Positions 51,181 to 62,240 of a stretch of 64,000 nucleotides of DNA are shown piece after piece. The notes beneath the pieces were generated by a model. That model saw nothing but the letters and a program-made list of their open reading frames with translations. It had not been told where the DNA came from and made no database searches. The DNA is taken from positions 310,001-374,000 of the forward strand of contig JAIVFI010000035.1 of NCBI GenBank assembly GCA_025558095.1, written 5' to 3'. Source of the DNA: Hyaloraphidium curvatum SAG 235-1 (lineage: Eukaryota; Fungi; Monoblepharomycota). A program made the translations under genes and the position numbers. Each line of letters starts with the position of its first letter. Positions within the stretch are counted from its first letter, which is position 1.

Positions 51181-53370
51181 TGAAGCTAAGCGAGGCTGAG
51201 TTTGTGCGCATCGCGGAATCCGCGTCCGCCGGCAAATGTGTGGCGCGGAAGGTCACACTACAAGGTCAGATCTCTGCCTTTGCTTCTCCGGCTCCTCAGA
51301 CGTGCCCTTCCGCGATGGAGGGCGCAGCAGCGACCCAGACCGAAGCAAACGCGGCCGAGCGGCTCGCTGAAGAGGTGGACTGCCATGACGGTTGCGCATC
51401 GGGCATGCAGACCGCGCTGACTCACGACAACGCCCACTCCGAGCAGGCTCGCAACCTCGGCGTCGCCCACATCAACCCGCACCAAAAGCACACTTTGCTG
51501 ACCCTGAGGGAAGTTCTCCACGTCGATGGTTCGGCGAGGGAATTCTTTGGGCCGTGGAACGACTTCACGGACTCCGCTCAAAGGACCGCGGGCTTCGACG
51601 CTGCGGACGTCCTCGGGGGCCTCTCCAACCTCGGTGAAGCTCCTTTTGAGTTCATCTGTCAGCGGGTGGCATCGGGTCGGGGGTACAAGCTGGAGCGCGA
51701 GCTTTTCGTCGCGCGCCTCCGGAACATCGTCGCCCGGCGGCGCCGGGTCGCCCCCAGTCTGATCGGACCAGACGCACCGGCACCTCCCTTTTTCCGCCCC
51801 GCGGACGATGGCGCGGATCTGGGACCGCCGTCAGCCCCCGACGTCTCCATCTCCCAGCTGGATAACCTCGCCCGCTATGCCGACGTCCCACCGGAACTTA
51901 ACGTCTCGTTCAAGAAAGCCAGCCGCGCCGCGTTGAAACAGCTGTTTCCGCTCTCAGCCCTTGCAAACGACACCGTGCTGGACGAGAGGTTCGCCATCCT
52001 CCTATCGGGCCTTGTACGAAACGGTCGTGGACCAGAATGGCTACGTGCGCTCGCTGTTTCTCTCTGGGGACAGCTCGGCCCGGCCGGGAGGGCACGCATG
52101 GACAGCTTCGAAACATCCGAGACAGCACGTCGTGCTCTGCATTATGTTCACCAGCCCATTTCGAAGGTCTGTCGGTTGGAGTACCTCGAACGCGCGGCTT
52201 CGACCGAGTCTTTGCCAAGGAACCTTAGGCAGATACTGGAGGAAGCGTGCCGCACGCTGAAGGACCAGCAGGGCCGCTCGCTTTTTGATGCGTCGCCCGG
52301 CCTGGAGTACTTCCTTGCTTCGCTCTCCCTCCCGCAGCGATGCAAGATAGTCATGGCGGCGCGTTTGCCGGATAGTGTGGCGAGTCGCAATGCGGAAGGG
52401 CGCAAGAGATTCTTCGATTGGGCGGTGTGGAACCCGATGGCGGCCAACGAGGAGGCCCTCGCCATCGAGAATCCGGGTTCCGTTCCCGTGCTGGTGTGCA
52501 ATCTCCTGTCGAGCAGCCCCGCAATCCCAAACTGATTTTTGCCCCGGCAGCTGCTTTCGTTCCCGGGCCTTTTCCAGATGAGCCCGGGCGTACCTGGACT
52601 GGATGCAGAGGGCGATAAGCTGCTGGCAACCCTGTTCCTGAAGGCGGAGCAGCTCGGGTGGGAACACTCTTCCATGGTGACGCTGCGGCTGCTGGAGTCG
52701 GGGCCCAAGATGCGCGATTTTACCCTGGACTTGTGCGGTATGCCCGCGCTGGTGCGCGGTAGCAACCCCGAAGCACGGCAGGAGGCCGCGCGCACCGCGC
52801 TCGACGCCAAGCTCCACTTCCTCGCGGAATCCGTTGGACTGCTGGACTTCGGCCGTATCCAGAAGCGGGATTGTCCGCTCTGTTCCTTCAGTGTGCAGGT
52901 GGAAGGCGAAGTCCCGGCGAAGGCTGGGCGGCGGCGCAAGGTCGCGGCGTCGGGGATGGTGGCTGACGGAGCTGCGCGGGAGCGTGTCTATGACGCCGAG
53001 CTTCGGCTCCTCCACCACGTCAAGGGTGCGCACCTCACCTGCAGAGCGTGCCCGGGGAAGGGACATCAGTTCGACCTCGAGAGTGAGTTCCGGCAGCATG
53101 TCGAGGAGAACCACCGTGGGGCGTGAGTTGCACCGCGCTTTCCATGCATGCCTGGGACCGATGCGAAGCTGACCGCCGCCGCGGACAGTTTGGTCGCCCC
53201 AAGGAATCTCACCACGTCGTTCGGCCAGTTCATTGCCAACGCACACTACATTGTCCCGTTCGCGTCGACAAACCTCAAAGCCAACATTCCTACGGGCCTC
53301 GGCGGCTCGTCCTGCCCTTTCTGTTTCGCCGGTGGCGGGAGGCACCGGCAGGAGTGCTCTCCGAAGCGGC
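51181..53370 (+). CDS. uncharacterised cargo/linker region with zinc-finger motifs, in frame with both transposase and Fanzor
   Basis: Open frame across introns 52494-52550 and 53123-53188; CPLC...H, CRAC..F....F.QH...NH (C2H2-like) and CPFC...H...C motifs. Confidence 0.6.
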
Positions 53371-56300
53371 GGTGGGTCGCGCTCAACGGCTTCCTCGCAC
53401 TTGGCGACCCCCAGCACGAGCGATACAAGACGATGACGGAGCTGGCCGTCGAGTGGTTCCCGGCGGCCGAGGTGTGCCACCCATGGGCGCGGGGCCCGTA
53501 CGAGCAAGTCGGGCCCCTCATCACCAAGGCCTGCACCCTCGCCGCCATCTTGTTCAAGATCATCTGGACCAAGATCTTGTTGCAGATCCACAACAAAGAG
53601 CTCCCGGACCAAGACGGATCCGTCACGCAGGACATGCTCGCCAGCTTTCCCCCGTCTTACGTCGCAAAGATTGCCATCCACGCCGTGCTTGGTGCCGGCC
53701 AGATGTCCGCCGCTGTTGGAACCCGCCGCGCGGGAAAGCAGAAGTCGGCCGGGCTCGGTGCTGGGGCGAGATACTCGGGCCATTCGGGTGCGCCAGGAGT
53801 GGAGCAGCTTGTGGACGGCGGTCCGGACCTCGGAGCCAACGACGACGATCGAGACGAGGTGCTCGAGGACGTTGACTTCGAGGACGATGACGACGCGATG
53901 GCCGAGGACCAGGCCGGCGCCAAGATCTTGGCCGACTTCTTGCACGGCGAGCTGGATCAGATTGAGGACGAGGACTTGGTTACGGCTGAGGACACCCCCG
54001 ATCTCTCGCAGGTTGCTGATCAGGGCGCACCGTCCGTTCTCACCGTCGCGGAGCACAACGCAGCGGCAAAGCTTGTCCGCAAGGCGGCCGTTGCTGCGTT
54101 TGCAGAGGCGCGGGAACTTGTGGGCGAGACGTACGAAAAGCTCAGGCCGCTTTTCGTGCAGGGACCTTTGCTCCGCTATGCCGAGCAGGTCGCTTTCAAC
54201 CGAGCTCGAAGCGTGCCGCAGCGGCTGCTGACTGCGCTCAAGGTTCTCATCCGTCGCTTCCTACGCGGGGAGGTGAACGCGGGCGTCGGCCGGAGGCGGA
54301 TTGGCCCAATCCTCAGCTACGCTCTGGCAAAGCTCGGATATGGGGACGACGACTTCTCCAATTTCCCGTTCGAAAGCGCATTTGGCTGTGGTCTTGCCGA
54401 GGCCACGGAGCTCAGGGTCGGGCTGGGGAGGCTTTTCCGGCCGTTCAGAGGCTTGCAGCTGAACCGGATCGTTGACCTCCGGGATTCAAAACAGAAGCCG
54501 CCGGTGCCGGCAACCGTTTCGCAGCGGAGGGTTATCGCTCGGGTCCTGCAGGACAAGCAGGCGGGCAACCCCGTGGCGGCCGCGGTGCGAACCGTGAACC
54601 TGCCGAAGGGCAAGCCGCGCGGAAAGGTCGACGCGGAAACGGAGGCGGTGCGCAGCTACCTCCAGAACATTTGGGAGACGCTGCCGCGGGCCTCACCTGC
54701 GGAGAAGGCTGACTTGCGAAAGGTGGAGCTGCAGGAGCTGAGGGACTGGGTGGTTGCAAACCGTCTACAGCTTCGGAGCATCCCCTTCCGCTACCCGGCC
54801 GTGACCACGGCAACGATTCGGTCGACAGAGCAGAAACCCAAGTTCTGGGTCCCCGAGCACGCCGAGGACATGAACGAGGCGGCGGCGGCGGCATTGGTGG
54901 GGCAGAACCGGCCCCACTGGGAAAGCGAGAAGCTTCTGGTGGCGCGGATGAGCGAGTATGACCTCGACAAGTGTCGTTCATCCACGAACCCCGCGGACGA
55001 AGCCTTCGGCTTCCAGATGTGCTTCATCGCCCTGCACGAGCTCGAAAAGCAGGACGAGGCGCTGAAGAAGAGGGCCGCGTCCGCGGCTGCTGCACTGCCG
55101 GAACCTGGAACGGCGCGGAGGACGAGCACCGCCAGGGACCCCGATTCAACCCCAACTTTCCCAACCATTTCAACTGCTCCGGTCAAGGACAGGGAGGCTT
55201 CGAACAAGACCAGGAGGGCCCGCAACACGTGGCGGCCGCACCGCGTCGAGAAGCGGCATTACAGCAAGAATGGCTCCCCGAAGCGATGGCACGGGTTCGT
55301 CGTGAGCTTCCGTAAGCGCCGACCGCAGCCGGGGCCCGAGGGACTCGCCAAGAAGGAGACCATGGAGACGAAGCGGCGGGAGCGCAAGGCGGCCGCCGCC
55401 GCCGCGATGGCGGGGCTTGGCGCCGCCCAGACCGGCAAGGAAAAGGCAGCCTCGTGGGCGCGGCGGAAGCTTCGGGCTGCGGTCGCCGAAATCAGCTTGT
55501 CCCCCGTGACCGTCTACATCTCGGCCTCGGATCTGCCCGAGTTTTTGTCCAAGCTGGGCGTGGAGGTCGCGCCTGGCATCGACACCTCGCGCGTTGACTC
55601 GGACTACCTATTCGGCCACCTGCTCAACGGCGGCAACCAACTCGTCAACGAGGACCGGCTCTTCCGCCTCCGTCAGCAGGGCAAAGTCTCGGCAAGGGGC
55701 CATGCCGCCGCCACGCAGCCCATCTATCGTCGCACCGCGGACGTTCTGAGGTACTCCGGCGTCCGGGGCATCTATCATTGCGGCAGCACCCTGGGCATTC
55801 TTAACGAAGAAGTCTCCTTCGTGGAAAAGGTCTCGTTCCAGCAGTCGCAGCAGCAGGAGCGGCAAAACACGACACAGGACGTCGAGCCGCCAAAGCGCGC
55901 AGCGCATTCGCCAGCAGCCGCGCCGGCTCCTCCTGTTCAAACTCGGCCCACCGTCTCCGTTCCCGCCGCAGCTCATGTGCCCGCCGGTCTTGCTGCTTTC
56001 GAAGTGGATGTTTCGTTCCCTCGCGATGTTCCGATGGATCCCTACCCGCCGCTCTACACCGGTCCATGGCTGCCAAACGGCGATCCGGACCCGCCGTGCG
56101 ACATGGCTGTCTTCGATGGTGGGCATTTTGCTCAGTGACGCACGGGTTCGGAGGCTGATCGGATCCTCACTTTTCCAGGCCAGAATCGGATTTGGCATGG
56201 GGGCATGGTCTACTACCTGCAGGCGACGGCCCAAGGGGACGAATCGGTCCCGATGGATTGGGAGCCCTCTTATTGTGCCAGCAGCAACCTTAACTTCACC

Positions 56301-58550
56301 ACCATGCCTTCCGAGCCTCCGGCGGACTGCGGCATCCCCGCCGCGGTCCCGCCGGAACCCCCGCCCTTTTTCTCCTTCGTCGAACCACCAGCCTCGACTT
56401 CTCTCCCTGCCTCCATTCCCCCGGAACCGCCCCCGCATTGGGTGCACGACCCGTGCTCGTGCTGTCAAGATGCCGCCTGCAAGGCCGTGGACTGTGCGCC
56501 CAACGTGTTCGCGCCCCTGAGCTCGGGGCACAACGACCCTCCCTGCGCGACTGTCTCGCCCGGTGACTCGGTGCCCGAGACTTCTGTGCATCCATGCGCG
56601 GCCCTTCCTTTCCCCGACTTCTCGCCGCCACTTCCTTCCCCGTTCCTTTCTTGCTTCCCTCCCGAAGTCGTCGTTTGCGCGGTCGAACCGTCGCCGCCGA
56701 CGGTAACGGTCGAGGGCAAGTTCGCTGCCCCCGTACCTCCTCAGCTGGCCCCGACCCCGGTTCCGCTCCCGCCGCGTTCTGCCGAGCCGTTGCCGCGGCC
56801 CCCGGTCGACTTCAAGACTGGCATTCCCGTCTACTACCTCAGCCGCCCTGACCATGTGTCCGTGCTGGCACCCAATCTCCTGCACATGCCGACGCAGGCG
56901 GAAATGTTCGAGCGGGCCGAGCGCGGCGAGCCAGTGGAGGGCGGGGTCGTCGACGTGGATCCGAATCGCTGGTTTCTGGCTGTTGCCAACCGCCGCGTCG
57001 ACGTGCGGCTCGTTGCCAAGAGCCTGAACCCCGGGCCGAACGGACGCTACGACTTCGCCAACAGTCATCTGCCGGGGACAACGGAGCGCATCACCGTGAC
57101 CAATGCCGACGGCACCAAGTCGCACTACGTGCCGAAGCGGGCGAACCCGTCATAGGCCGACGGTTCCGTCAGCTTCGGGAGGATCGTCGGCTTCCACCTA
57201 GAGCACTCCTGCTCCGATACTAAGCGGATCGCAAGGTCTTTCGGTCCGTCGCCGCCTGCCGCTGGAGCGTGCAGACACCACCCGCTCTGGGAGCCCAAGA
57301 TCTCGGAGTTCAAGCCGCCGGCGCCCGATTCGCGCCCCAACGACGCTGCAAAGGCGGAGAAGCACGCTCGGCGCAACGTCGAACTGTTCCCGACCCCTGG
57401 CGGCTGCACGGACGAGTTTGGTGCCAAGCTGTGGGGCGAGGTCGCTGGTGCCGGCCGTGCGGGGACCCCGGCGCTGCCGGAGCTCATCCTCGGTGTTCCG
57501 GCCAAGCTCGACCGCCGCCTGTGCGGCTACGACAAGGCGGCCGCGCGTCTGAATGCCACCAAGCGGACCACCATGCTGGACGTCAACGATTGCGAGGGCA
57601 ACCCTGTGCAGAAGTCTCTCCACGATTTCGAGCGCGACCTGCCCTCTCAACGCACAACGAACAGTGCAGCCTTCTCGGACTACACGAGGGCGCTGCTGCC
57701 ACAACTCGACCGCATCCTGGACGTCTACTGTTCCGGAGAACGGAGGTGGGCAAGCCAATCCCTGTGGCAACGACTTCGCTCACGCATCCTGCAGCCTGGA
57801 TCGTGTGCGCACGATTCGCCGGCGCCGCGAGGTCCTCAGCTGGATCTGTCGCGACATGTGTCGCAACCCGTATTCGGGCAAGTACGATCCACAGACGACC
57901 ATCGCATACGGCGCCGCGCGATTCGGCCATGCGAGCAAGGGCGGCCCGGCCTCCCGGATCGTTCGCTTCAGGGCGGAGCTGGCCAAGGCCGGGATCATGG
58001 TCTTGGTCAACGAGTACCTCACGTCCCAAATGTGCAGCTGGTGCGGCAGCCGCCGTGATCATCCGACTCGCCTGACGTCCTTTCCAGCTGCAAGACCACC
58101 TATGTCGTCGGAATCCGGAACCCCGGCTCCAAGGGCGAGGTGCGCGGGGTGAAATACTGTCCCCTCTGCCGCCGCTTCTGGATGCGCGACGTGAACAGTG
58201 TGCACTCCATGGAGCACCTCTTCTGGTTCGGCCTCATCACCGGAGGGGAGCGCCCCTGGCCGTTCAGGCCGGACACCAGGAAGCCGAAGCCGCAGCCCAA
58301 GCTCCGAGCTGGGACTGGTGCAGCGCCGCGCAAGTCCGCGGGTGAGCGCGCTCGCATTCGCGACGGTCATCCCGAGCGTCATCCCGAGCTGATCCGGGAG
58401 CTCCAGGTGCCGCCACAGGCCGCAAGCGTACGGCCGCAAGCGCCGCGAATGGGTCGGTCAAGAAGCTCAAGCCGGCAAGCTGACCTGGCCGCGGAAACAG
58501 TTACAAGTTGGCGTGCCATGCACCGCGTGGGCGCCATTGCATTTGCTTGA
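53370..58550 (+). CDS. Fanzor1 (eukaryotic TnpB-like RNA-guided endonuclease), expanded and intron-containing; in-frame TAG at 57153
   Basis: Candidate RuvC-I VVDVDPN (56946-56966); LPSQRTTNSAAFSDYTRALLPQLDRILDVY; IAYGAARFGHASKG; VLVNEYLTSQMCSCC; VRGVKYCPLC; WMRDVN; GERPWPFRP. Introns at 56119-56178, 57746-57794 and 58041-58087. The 5' boundary is an estimate. Confidence 0.87.
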
Positions 58551-58660
58551 TCGAGGTGGAGTCCGTCAGGGACCGCCTTTTATTCGCAGGCTCGATGATG
58601 AACATTGCTGCTAGGCCGCAAAGGATTGCGGCACAGTGGGCACAGTAGCAGTTTCTGAGA
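58280..58660 (+). ncRNA. candidate omegaRNA (Fanzor guide scaffold) region
   Basis: Position 3' of the nuclease core, as expected for TnpB/Fanzor; hairpins GGCCG-8nt-CGGCC (58418-58435) and GCCGCAA-AGGA-TTGCGGC (58615-58632); short repeats. Extent is inferred. Confidence 0.4.
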
Positions 58661-58691
58661 GTGTCTAAGGCATCTGAGGCAGCTGGCCCGA

Positions 58692-59803
58692 ATGTCTTCG
58701 ATCTCGATCGATCCGCCGCCGTCCGAGGGCGGCGACGCGCCTTCCGAGGCGGGCAGCGTGGAGGCGCTGGGCGCGCCCCCGCCCGGCCCGCGCCCGGCCG
58801 CGTCGCCCAACCCGTGGCTGTCGGACGACTCGCTCGCCAATGCATTCGCCGACGTGCGGCCCGCCGCGGGGCCGCCGCACGGCGCGTCGCAGTCGTCGAT
58901 CGCCTCGCTGCCGGCTGACCGGCCCGCGCCGTCGCCCGCCCCGTCGTCGGACTCGCTCGTCTCGTCGGCATCGCCCCCGCGGCTGGCAGTGCTGCCCGCC
59001 CGCGCGCGCCCGCGCAGCGTGTCGCGCTCGTCGATGGTGCCGGACGGCGACAGGAAGCCCGCGCGGCAGCCCAGCGACCACGCCGCTGCCGGCGCCTTCC
59101 CCATGCCGCGGCCCGCCCGCGCGCTGTTCGACTTTGTGCTTGGCCTGCTCGGCCGCAGCAGGTCGCCGGCCGAGCAGTCGCAGCTGATCGAGCAGTCGGT
59201 CAACGCGACGATCAAGGTCTGGAGCCAGTGGAGGCAGTTCAAGTCCTTCGTCAACCAGGGCCGCATCGTCGAGACCTCGATCGCCGTCGTCATTGGCGAC
59301 TCGTTCAAGGACGTCGTGCGCAGCTTCGTCAATGACGTCCTGCTCCCGCCGATACAGTGGTTCACCGGTAGCGCTCGCAGCTGCCCCTCTCGCGCCCCGT
59401 CCCTTGACGCCCCGTCGCAGGCGGCTCCTCCTTCTCCATGCACTTTGTCCTCCGCCGCGGCCGCACCCCCGGCAAACCCTACGTCACCCTCGAGGAGGCC
59501 CGCGCCGACGGCGCCCTCGTCTTTTCCCTCTACTCCTTCGCCGACAAGCTCTTCAACTTCTTCGTCGTCGGGGTGGCGGCCTACTACCTATTGCGGAGTG
59601 GGTACCCGAACCGGCATTGGCTCCGACATCCGCTGACAGACTCGCGGTCCGATCCAGGCTTCAAGTACTTTTTCCACCGCTACATCGAGCCCGAGACCAG
59701 GGACTGCCCGTATTGCTTCTCCAGCATACCCAAGAAGGCGACTCGGTGCGCGTCGTGCACGAGCGCCGTGGAGCCGCAGACGGTGTACTACCCGCGATAT
59801 TGA
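58692..59803 (+). CDS. MscL-like large-conductance mechanosensitive channel with C-terminal zinc ribbon
   Basis: WRQFKSFVNQGRIVETSIAVVIGDSFKDVVRSFVNDVLLPPI; YVTLEEARADGA; FNFFVVG; CPYCFSSIPKKATRCASCTS; two introns. Confidence 0.82.
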
Positions 59804-59833
59804 GCCCTCGAATACAAGGGTGGTTCCTCGGCG

Positions 59834-62076
59834 TCACATCTCGACCGCCCGCCTCGCCGCCTCCTGGCCCGCAGCCAGGCTCGCAAAGGCCCCGCCCCTG
59901 GCAATCAGCTCGTCGTACGTGCCCCGCTCCGCCACGCCGCCGTCCCGGACGAGCAGGATCTGGTCCGCGTTGCGGATCGTGGAAAGCCTGTGCGCGATCA
60001 CGAGCACCGTCCGTCCCCTCATGACACGTTCCAAAGCGACCTGGACCAGCCGTTCCGAAACGGGGTCGAGATTGGACGACGCCTCGTCGAGCACGAGGAT
60101 CTTCGGGTTCTTGAGGATTGCGCGAGCGATCGCGATCCGCTGCCGCTGGCCACCTTCCCATCAATGAGAGTGAGCACAGGCCGTCCCCACAGAATAACGG
60201 GCGACCCACCTGACAAATCGACGCCCCGTTCGCCAAGCTTGGTCTCCCACCTGTCCGGGAAGCCCTCGATGAACTCCAGGCAGTTCGCCGCCGCAGCCGC
60301 CTCGCGGACCTCTTCCTGCGTCGCATCCGGCCGTCCGTAGCGGATGTTCTCCTCGATCGAGCCCGCCCAGAGAGTTGGTTCTTGGGACACCACCGCGGCG
60401 ACGTCGGACCTGAACCAGGTCGGATCCAGCACGCGGAGATCGTAGCCGTCGACCTCGATCGACCCCGCTTCCGGGTCGTACAGGCGCAGCAGTAGCGACA
60501 GGATTGTCGATTTGCCGGATCCCGACGGTCCCGCGATGCCCGTCACGGTTCCGGGGGCGCAGTCGAAGCTAAGGTTGGAAAAGACGTGGCCGGAGCGAGT
60601 AGGGTAGGTAAACACGACGTTGCGGAAGGAAATGCGGCCGCCGAGAGACGGACGTAGGCCGTCGATGGAGGTGGTGCTCGTGAGTGCTGCAGATTGCCCA
60701 CCGGGGATTGGGAGGGATCCGATGGGTGGCGGCTCCCTGCTGTCCAAGATACCGAACACGCGGGTCGAAGCGCCCAAACCGCGCATGAGATCCGTATACA
60801 CTCCGCCAATGCCGACAAGGCTACCGCCGACGTACGCGGTGTAGAGGAGGAAAGAAGTGAGCTCTCCGACAGTGATGGCACCGGAATGCACCATGGACGA
60901 GCCAAAGTAGAGTACGGCCAGCACCGTGAAGTTGCCGCTCATGCCGGCCATCCCAAAGAACGTCGCAGAAGCCAAAGACTCCGTCTTGGCGAGGCGGAGC
61001 ACTTGGCCGATCCGGGCATTGAACCGGCCCTCTTCAGTCTTTTCGCGGCCAAAGAGCCTGACTGTCCGCAGGCTCGAAAGCTTTTCCTCCGCCTCCTCGA
61101 CGGCATGTGCGAGCGCTTCCTGCGTCCGCTTTGAAAGGCTCCTGACGAATCTCCCGTAGAGCCTCGCCGCGATCGCGAGCGGGGGCAGGACCGAAATCAT
61201 TATCAGGCACAGCTTCGGGGAGATCGTAAAGAGCAGCACAGTGCCAGCCACCGATGTCACCGTGCTGCGCAGGCCGTCCGAGACATTCTGCGTGACTGTC
61301 CGCGACATGATCGCAACATCCGTAGACAATCGGGAAACCAGTTCTCCGGTTCGCTCTTTGTCATGGTACGCAAGCGGCCGAGAAAGCAGGTCCGCGTAAA
61401 ACGTCGATCGAAGCCGCGCGACGATCCTGCTCCCGGCGAACTGGATGAGGAACACCCGGCCGGCGTTGGCAGCGGCTCCCAGCACAAAAACCCCGGCGAC
61501 GATGGGATAGAGGCCCGACAAGGTTGCGGGCAAGTCGACGCCAGGTGCCGAAACCACGTCCAGAGCCTTGCCCAGGCCCCACGGAATAGACATCGTGACT
61601 CCTGACGAGACAAAGAGCAGGGCGACGGCCCCCGCGATCATGCCCGCCTCGGGTCGGGCGAGGGACAGGATCCGCTTGAGCTCCTGGAGACCGCCTTTGG
61701 AGTCGTCCTTTGATTTGTCCGTCTTTGACACGCCTCTGGCGTTGTCGCTCGGCGCCTTAGCTGCCGAATCGTCGCCAGCGGTCGACGCCGGTTTCGGAGC
61801 ACGTCTCCGATCCGCTTCTGCCGGACCCACCCGATCTGGTCCACCCTTCTTCGAATCGCGGCAGACCGCAGCGCTTCGGAATGTTCTGGCTCCAATGGGT
61901 TGCCTCAAGTGGGAGTTGGGCGCTGCGATTGCACTCCCAGGGCGGAGGGGCGATGCGGAATCATGCACTCGCACGAGGCTCGGAAGGACCTCCTTCCGCA
62001 TGGAGCAGACAGAACGGAAGCTTCCTAATGGTGGCATAGCTGAGCGCACAGCCCGCAATGTACTGGCTGCGAGCAT
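59834..62076 (-). CDS. mitochondrial ABC half-transporter (Mdl1/ABCB10-like)
   Basis: Mitochondrial presequence; TMD ([18 protein letters not shown]); Walker A GPSGSGKS; LSGG; LDEASSNLD; IAHRLSTI. Confidence 0.9.
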
Positions 62077-62240
62077 CGCCGCTTCGTTCCAATGTTGAGT
62101 TGTTGATCACCGCGAACTCACGCCTTCGACTACACTACCGGAAGCGCGGACGATCGCCTGGTGCTGCGCCATAATCAGTCTATATCCAACAAGCATGTAC
62201 AGGGTGTCTTTGTGTGGTATCGCGGCTATCCTTCCAACTC

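Larger units (their letters stand above)
50184..58660 (+). mobile_element. IS630/Tc1-mariner-type element carrying Fanzor1; boundaries approximate, no TIRs found
   Basis: Transposase at the 5' end and TnpB-like nuclease at the 3' end on the same strand, wedged between host OSTF1 and MscL-like genes. Confidence 0.8.

Noticed and set aside
50181-57155. Two in-frame TAGs in the element suggesting TAG reassignment
   Set aside because: Host genes in this window end in TAG (e.g. the aminotransferase at 31764 and the ankyrin protein at 6160), so the standard code applies.
57456-57472. CGDPG as the Fanzor RuvC-I motif
   Set aside because: It is in a different frame from the Fanzor-like sequence and has no preceding hydrophobic strand; VVDVDPN fits better.
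58364-58442. Short direct repeats as a CRISPR-like array
   Set aside because: Only two copies of 11-12 bp with no spacers; noted under the omegaRNA candidate instead.
58630-58670. CACAGT repeats as a Tc1 terminal inverted repeat
   Set aside because: No convincing reverse-complement match near 50120-50200.
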